NCBI GenBank assembly: GCA_964431835.1
Contig: CAYSKO010000004.1
Coordinates: forward strand, 71,519-135,518
Reading direction: 5' to 3'
DNA from: an uncultured Planctomycetia bacterium
Lineage (GTDB): Bacteria; Omnitrophota; Gorgyraeia; 2-02-FULL-51-18
Length of the DNA stretch: 64,000 nt
In this document: piece after piece, positions 58,784 to 64,000 of the stretch
Layout: each line of letters starts with the position of its first letter
Position numbering within the stretch: position 1 is the first letter of the stretch
Program-made: the position numbers and the translations under genes
Notes under the pieces: model-generated
The model's database searches: none
What the model was told of the DNA's origin: nothing
What the model saw: the letters and a program-made list of their open reading frames with translations, nothing else

Positions 58784-59903
58784 ACACGCTCTCCTTTTGT
58801 TTGGCGACGACACGGATGTCGAAACGGTCGCGGCAGGTTTCGTAGCCGCGCCGTCCGACACGGACGCGCAAGGCCTCGTCCTCGAGGAGCCGCGTGACGG
58901 CTGAAGCCCAGCCCGCGGCCGAAAACGGATCGAGGAGGACGCCGCTTTCCCAGTCGGCGAGAAATTCGTCGTTGCAGCCCACACCGGAAGAAACGACCAC
59001 CGGCACCGCCATGCTCATGGCCTCGAGGATCGAAATGGAGTGCAGTTCGAGGAAAGACGGCAGGAGGAAAACGTCGGCGAACGCCAGGAGCTTCATCGGA
59101 TCGGGATGAAAACCAATGAAACGGACCCCCTCTTCGAGCCCTTCGCGGCGGACCCGGGCTTTCAGGTCTTCGAAAAGCGGGCCGTCTCCTGAGATCACAA
59201 ACACGGCGTTCGGCACGCGCTTTAGAACCTCCGGCGCGACGTCCAAGATCAGCTCCACGTTCTTTTCGGGCGCCATGCGGCAGGTCGTAAGGATGACACG
59301 CGCGTTCTCGGGAAGCCCCAGAGCGCGCTTGGCGGAGGGGTCCGGCGTACGCTCGCGCATCGGGATGCCGTTTTGGATCTCCACGATGCGGGGCGCCGCG
59401 CACAGGCCGTTCCGGACTAGATACTCGCGGTTCTGGCGCGTGAGTACGATCACGCGGTCCGAGAAGCCTTTTAGGTATTTGACGTAGCTGTACTGCGCGT
59501 TCTCACCGCGGCGGCGGCGGAACTCCTCTGGGTCGAGATAGCGGAAATCATGCACGTGCTCGACCACCTTCGCGCCGGCGAGCTTCGCTGCGAGCGTTCC
59601 CCAGACGTGGGAGTTGAAGTTGTGGGTGTGGACGATTTGGATCCTGTTCCGCCGGATGTACCGCGCCAGGCGCCAGACGATCCCGAGCGTGGCAGCGCTT
59701 TTGACCCGGTGGCTTTTCTCCGCGTACTTGAAAAGACGGACGCCGCCCTCACGGAAGCGCTGCTCGATCTCCCCACCGTAGGAGAAACCGACGTGGATCT
59801 CGAAGCGCTCGGGATCGGTGGCGCGCACGAGGTTGAACAGGTTCGTCTCGGCGCCGCCCAGGCTGAGCGTCTTAATGAGATGAAGGACGCGTATCTTATC
59901 CAT
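58761..59903 (-). CDS. Family-4 (GT-B) glycosyltransferase
   Basis: N-terminal LSLGGAETN and the C-terminal EGFG-like region of GT4 enzymes. Internal start MDKIRVLH. Confidence 0.85.
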   Translation of the reverse strand: MDKIRVLHLIKTLSLGGAETNLFNLVRATDPERFEIHVGFSYGGEIEQRFREGGVRLFKYAEKSHRVKSAATLGIVWRLARYIRRNRIQIVHTHNFNSHVWGTLAAKLAGAKVVEHVHDFRYLDPEEFRRRRGENAQYSYVKYLKGFSDRVIVLTRQNREYLVRNGLCAAPRIVEIQNGIPMRERTPDPSAKRALGLPENARVILTTCRMAPEKNVELILDVAPEVLKRVPNAVFVISGDGPLFEDLKARVRREGLEEGVRFIGFHPDPMKLLAFADVFLLPSFLELHSISILEAMSMAVPVVVSSGVGCNDEFLADWESGVLLDPFSAAGWASAVTRLLEDEALRVRVGRRGYETCRDRFDIRVVAKQKESVYAELARA

Positions 59904-60483
59904 AGGAGCCGGTCCTTTTCGTGGCGAAGCGAATCGGAGCGGCGTTGCCGTCGCGCATCTTGAGAACTTTCGCGGGAACTCCGCCCACGATCGCGTAAGC
60001 CGGCACGTACCCGACGACCACGGAGCCGGCGGCGACGATCGCGCCGTCACCGATCCGAACGCCCTTGACGATCGTTGCCTTCGCGCCGATCCAGACGTTA
60101 TTGCCGACCTCGATCGGCTTCGAGACGTATCCTTGCTCGCGAATCAGGACGTTCACGTCGTCCGCGCGGTGGTCGTGGTCGTAAAAATGCACCGAGTCCG
60201 CTATGAGACAGTCGTCGCCGATCGTCACTCGCTCGAAGCAGACGACTTTCACGTTCTTGTTGAAGTAATTACGGTCCCCCACCTCGAACAAGCCGCCTTT
60301 GACGTCGACGTCGTAGCCGCGCTGGAACACATTGCCCTGACCGAGGCGCATGCGGCCGCCGCCGTGCAGGATCAGCTTGCCGAACCAGAGGTAATTGCGA
60401 CCCTCGGACCGGAGCTTCCCTAGGAATTGAAGACAGAGAGACCAGTGGACGAACTGCGCGACGATCCGCATCCATCTACTCAT
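59896..60483 (-). CDS. Hexapeptide-repeat O-acetyltransferase (left-handed beta-helix)
   Basis: [18 protein letters not shown]...[31 protein letters not shown] hexapeptide repeats. Internal start with an ATGA overlap to the GT2. Confidence 0.8.
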   Translation of the reverse strand: MSRWMRIVAQFVHWSLCLQFLGKLRSEGRNYLWFGKLILHGGGRMRLGQGNVFQRGYDVDVKGGLFEVGDRNYFNKNVKVVCFERVTIGDDCLIADSVHFYDHDHRADDVNVLIREQGYVSKPIEVGNNVWIGAKATIVKGVRIGDGAIVAAGSVVVGYVPAYAIVGGVPAKVLKMRDGNAAPIRFATKRTGSYG

Positions 60484-61412
60484 GCACGGCTCCTCCCGAG
60501 AATCATCGAGAAGGTGGAGCCGACACTCGCCATTAGCTTGTCGAATTTCACGGCCTTGCGGTTGAAGAGGAATTCCAGAAGGTCGATCAGCATGAGACCG
60601 AAGAGCGAATAGGCGAACAGGAACTTTGCGACCGGACCGTTCCCTTTGTATTTCTTGAACAGATGGTGGAAGTTCCTCATTTCCATCTGCTTGAGCTCGG
60701 CCTGGTTCAGACGGTTCGAAGTCGAGTAGTTGTGGTGCAGCTTCGCGTCGGGGATCATGACCGCGTTCGATCCGCGTGCGATCCTGTAGGAGAAATCTGC
60801 GTCTTCGCGGAAGCTGTAGCCGGTGAACCATTCGTCGAATTTTTCGTCGCCGATCGAAGTGCGCCGGTAGTTCATGTTGCAGCCGGGCAGAAACTCTACT
60901 TGGATCCTCCGGTCGATTTCGCGCTCGTAGATCGGATACCCAAAGCCCGAGAGCGTCATACGGCCGTCGAAGTTCGAAATCAGGAAAAGCCGCATAATGG
61001 CCTTCCGAAGCGCCCATTTGAGACCGGAGGACTTGTCTTTCACGAACGTGTTGCCGCTCACCGCGCCGAGGGCGGAATCCGCCTCGAAGCACGCGACGAC
61101 TTTTTCGAAATAGTCCGGATAGAGCACGATGTCATCGTCGAGGAAGCTCACGATGTCGCCTTCGACGAGTGAAAGCCCGCGGTTGCGCGCCTTCACGAGG
61201 CTCTTCTCCTCCTGCTCGAAGTAGCGGAAACGCGACGGGCACTGGGGATTCGCGAGTTTCGTCTCGGAAACCACGATCTTCGACTCATTGTTCGTGCTCT
61301 GGTCGACGATGATGATCTCGTACGGCGGACGAGTCTGGATCATCAGCGAGTCGAGCGCCTTTTTGAGATCCGCCGCTCTGTTCATCGTAGGGATGACGAC
61401 GCTGACTTTCAT
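60480..61412 (-). CDS. Family-2 glycosyltransferase
   Basis: VVIPTMNRA...IIVDQST...SFLDDD motifs. Confidence 0.85.
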   Translation of the reverse strand: MKVSVVIPTMNRAADLKKALDSLMIQTRPPYEIIIVDQSTNNESKIVVSETKLANPQCPSRFRYFEQEEKSLVKARNRGLSLVEGDIVSFLDDDIVLYPDYFEKVVACFEADSALGAVSGNTFVKDKSSGLKWALRKAIMRLFLISNFDGRMTLSGFGYPIYEREIDRRIQVEFLPGCNMNYRRTSIGDEKFDEWFTGYSFREDADFSYRIARGSNAVMIPDAKLHHNYSTSNRLNQAELKQMEMRNFHHLFKKYKGNGPVAKFLFAYSLFGLMLIDLLEFLFNRKAVKFDKLMASVGSTFSMILGRSRA

Positions 61413-62356
61413 CGGCTGTTCCTTTCGTAGGAGTTTGACATGGAAGAATCAAGACGTTCAACGGGCTCAACGGAAGGATTCATCCTCAGGTATTCACGGC
61501 ACCCTTCGAGATAGCCCAGCCGCGACACGCGCATCAGATAACGGAAATAGGATTCCTTGCCGCCGCCGGCCCGCCACCGCAAGAGCCACGACGACGAGGC
61601 TAGGCGCGTCAATGCGATTTTGCCCGCCAGTACGGCGCGGCTCTGGGCCGGAACGCTCTGGAAGCGTCCGGAGTATTTGTGGTTTAAAAGGCAGGCGCCG
61701 ATCACGTTCTTATGGCTCTGAAGATAGAGGCCTCGCGGCGAGGAGCGGTGATGATGGAAGACGGTCGCGTCCTCGGCGTACGTGAGCCTGAACGAACCGT
61801 CGAGCTGCATCCGCCAGGAAAAATCCGCGTCTCCGCCGGAGACCCATCCGGCTTCGAAAAGACCCGCCGCTTCGAAGACGCAGCGCTTGTAGAAGGCGTT
61901 CGCGGTCTGCGCGTACGGAAGGTACGGGTGCTTGAATGCGGCGCTCTGCGAGAGCATGCCTACGGATACCTGGAATTCCTCGACGAGCGAGCGCGGCTCG
62001 AGCGCGCGGATCGAACCGGCCGCACCGTCCGCCGCCACGAGCCAGCGCACGCCGTTCTTTACCCAGTCACGGTCGACGATGCAGTCCGCGTCCGTGAAAG
62101 CGAATATCTCTCCCGACGCGGCCCGAATCGCGGCGTTCCGAGCGGCGTAGGATCCCCGGCGTGCTTTTTCCTCGATGACGCGGATCGAAGGAAAACGCCG
62201 GACGATCGACGCCGAATCGTCGGTCGAACCGTTGTCCACGAAGAGGATCTCTAGGCGGTCGTTCGGGTAATCGAGCGCGGCGATCGATTCCGCGCACGCC
62301 CGGATCGTGGAGGCACCGTTGTAGAACGGCACGACGACGGTAACGAAAGGATTCAT
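61409..62356 (-). CDS. Family-2 glycosyltransferase
   Basis: VVVPFYNGA...LFVDNGSTD...AFTDAD motifs. Confidence 0.85.
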   Translation of the reverse strand: MNPFVTVVVPFYNGASTIRACAESIAALDYPNDRLEILFVDNGSTDDSASIVRRFPSIRVIEEKARRGSYAARNAAIRAASGEIFAFTDADCIVDRDWVKNGVRWLVAADGAAGSIRALEPRSLVEEFQVSVGMLSQSAAFKHPYLPYAQTANAFYKRCVFEAAGLFEAGWVSGGDADFSWRMQLDGSFRLTYAEDATVFHHHRSSPRGLYLQSHKNVIGACLLNHKYSGRFQSVPAQSRAVLAGKIALTRLASSSWLLRWRAGGGKESYFRYLMRVSRLGYLEGCREYLRMNPSVEPVERLDSSMSNSYERNSR

Positions 62357-63588
62357 CGCGGGGCCTTTTCCGGGGCGGCGCCGTTCAGCACGCCCTCGAT
62401 CAACGCTTGGTGGGTTTCGAGCATCTCTTTTTTTCGGGAGATGAGGGACCGTCTCAGATCCTCGCGCTCGGCGAAGGTGCGAGCGAGGAGCGACGCCAAG
62501 TCGGCGAGCTCGTCGAGCGGTAGAACACGGTCCTCAAAACCGAACTTCTGGAAAAGCCCGTGGATCTTTCGGAGATAGTATTCGTTTTGGTAGAAACCCA
62601 CCGTGGGTACCCCCGCCGAGAGCGCGAAAACGAGGCTGTGAAGACGCATGCCCGCGAAGAGGTCGAGCCGGCTGATGAGGTAGTACGTCTGCTCGACCGA
62701 AAGCTTCTCGGTGACGACCTCGTAGTCAAGAGCAGGAGACAGATGCCGCGCCAGCTCCCGACCCTCGTCGCGGTCGTCGCAGTGGCCGCTCGTCTCCATC
62801 GGGACGAAGAGCACCCGAACGCGCCCACCTTCGAGCGAGGTGACGAAGATCTCAATCGCCTCGGCGATACGCGCGTAATAGTTTCTCGAACCGTCCCAAT
62901 CGCGCAGATTCACGCCCAGATGAACGACGCCTTCGCCTTCCGAGAAGTAGCGGTCGACGGCGCCGCGTTCGGAAGCCGCGAGCCGGGGCTCGAAAGCCAC
63001 CGCGTCGTCGATGCCGTGAAGCACCTTGGCGCCGAAAGACGCCACTTCCTGGGTCGAATGCGTTTCGCGAAGCACGATCTTATCCGCGGCTTCGAATATC
63101 TCGCGGGCCATTTGCGCGTGGTGGGGCTTCCGGAACGGTCCGAGGGTTTGGCCGAGAAGGTACAGCGGCTTGCCGTTCGCGACGGCGGCCGAGGCGATGA
63201 GGTTCATCTCGGGGAGGTTGTAATCGCTGTTCAGGTACCCCCCGCCAACGAGGATCGCCTTGTCGAAGCCGGCGAGCGCCTCTCGGACGCGTTTGTTGCG
63301 GAGGGACAGGGCGAGGGCCAAGCGCTTCGAGAACGGGAAGAAATCGATGTAAAGTTTGGTCAGAAGGCGCGCGGAGAAGGACTTCCCCTTCAGCCACGCG
63401 AGCGGGTTCCAGCAGAACACCTGATGACGCACGCCGCGGTCGAACTGGATTGAGAAAGCCGGGTCATCCGCCCAAACGAGGAACTCCGCGTGCGGAAACA
63501 GGCGGTCGAGACGGGAAACGGTCGCCTTCAGGATCGCTTCGTCGCCGGGATTCCCCCCGGAATAACCTCCGACTAAAAGAATCTTCAT
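62353..63588 (-). CDS. Polysaccharide pyruvyl transferase (CsaB/WcaK family)
   Basis: PS_pyruv_trans-like start MKILLVGGYSGGNPGDEAI and an internal GG motif. ATG at 63588 with ATGA overlaps on both sides. Confidence 0.75.
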   Translation of the reverse strand: MKILLVGGYSGGNPGDEAILKATVSRLDRLFPHAEFLVWADDPAFSIQFDRGVRHQVFCWNPLAWLKGKSFSARLLTKLYIDFFPFSKRLALALSLRNKRVREALAGFDKAILVGGGYLNSDYNLPEMNLIASAAVANGKPLYLLGQTLGPFRKPHHAQMAREIFEAADKIVLRETHSTQEVASFGAKVLHGIDDAVAFEPRLAASERGAVDRYFSEGEGVVHLGVNLRDWDGSRNYYARIAEAIEIFVTSLEGGRVRVLFVPMETSGHCDDRDEGRELARHLSPALDYEVVTEKLSVEQTYYLISRLDLFAGMRLHSLVFALSAGVPTVGFYQNEYYLRKIHGLFQKFGFEDRVLPLDELADLASLLARTFAEREDLRRSLISRKKEMLETHQALIEGVLNGAAPEKAPR

Positions 63589-64000
63589 ATGCCGGCCCTC
63601 AAGGGGGTCGTCTTGTGAGAGGCGACCTCGAGCTCGTGAAGGCGTTTGGCGAGCGCGCGGACGGGCCGCACCGCTTTTCCCGCGGCCGAACGAAGATCGC
63701 TGAGAGCCGCGTAGCTTTTTTGGATGGCCGGGTTCAGCGGCTTGCGGATGCGCGTGAAGCCGGCGAACCACCGGAAGAATTCCTTGGAGCCGTACAAGTC
63801 TTCGAGGCTCTCCGTGTCGAGCGCGTCCTGGATCGACCGCCAGAAATCGAGCGTCCCTTCGCTGCGAAACAGCGAGTAGTAGCCCAGCGTCATGCGGCGC
63901 TTCAGCTCCGGCAGCGTGCGGGCGTCCATGTTGAAGTTGCATTCCGCGGGGTCGACGTTGTTCACGAGAAGCTCGCAGATGGTGCGTAGGCACTTTTCGC
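63585..64000 (-). CDS. Partial CDS (C-terminal part) of unknown function, continues beyond window end
   Basis: The reading frame is open to the window edge. Its stop overlaps the pyruvyl-transferase start as ATGA, so it belongs to the same operon. Confidence 0.4.
   Translation of the reverse strand, partial: EKCLRTICELLVNNVDPAECNFNMDARTLPELKRRMTLGYYSLFRSEGTLDFWRSIQDALDTESLEDLYGSKEFFRWFAGFTRIRKPLNPAIQKSYAALSDLRSAAGKAVRPVRALAKRLHELEVASHKTTPLRAGI

Noticed and set aside
1-64000. Searched for tRNA/rRNA genes, CRISPR repeats, IS elements and integrases.
   Set aside because: Intergenic space is minimal, with the largest gaps 80-190 nt. No direct-repeat arrays, no transposase-, integrase- or recombinase-like ORFs, and no clover-leaf-sized conserved segments were seen.

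Overview
This is a 64 kb, high-GC (roughly 65%) bacterial chromosomal segment. Every gene I can support, about 67 CDS, lies on the minus strand. The genes are tightly packed, with many 4-nt ATGA/GTGA start/stop overlaps. Contents in plus-coordinate order:

- cutA, a small wHTH protein, a Zn-ribbon membrane protein, TonB/ExbD/ExbB and a 753-aa secreted all-TPR protein
- uvrA with a coupled unknown gene
- terC
- the conserved rsmA(ksgA)-pdxA-surA cluster, with a second parvulin PPIase
- an N-terminally truncated mfd
- argS
- the rsfS-nadD-proA-proB-obg-rpmA-rplU-rng string
- a complete type IV pilus locus: pilQPONM, a TMTC-like GT-C+TPR membrane protein, pilA, pilC, two tandem pilB, a free-standing MshEN-domain protein, pilT, and a degenerate HAMP-GGDEF protein
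- rodA-mrdA-mreDCB
- aroA-rluD-lgt-lspA-dksA-ileS
- yggT-proC-yggS
- a polysaccharide-biosynthesis locus of more than 13 kb: an SxtJ-like protein, a carbamoyltransferase, a WecB/TagA GT, a secreted BNR-repeat protein, GT2 x3, GT4, a Wzy/O-antigen-ligase-like protein, an acetyltransferase and a pyruvyl transferase

I found no rRNA, tRNA, CRISPR or mobile elements. The long plus-strand ORFs in the track are antisense GC artefacts.

The signals most worth a second look:
1. A pilus motor module that looks wired for c-di-GMP: duplicated PilB, a stand-alone MshEN protein and a degenerate GGDEF.
2. A GT-C/TPR gene wedged between pilA and pilM, a candidate pilin-modifying glycosyltransferase.
3. An Mfd that lacks the UvrA-binding N-terminus.
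4. An rsfS whose conserved N-terminus precedes any canonical start codon.
5. Perfect-consensus sigma70 promoters and clean intrinsic terminators that frame pilA.
6. A polysaccharide locus predicted to carbamoylate, acetylate and pyruvylate its product.

All functional calls rest on recognisable motifs in the translated ORFs; no database searches were run.
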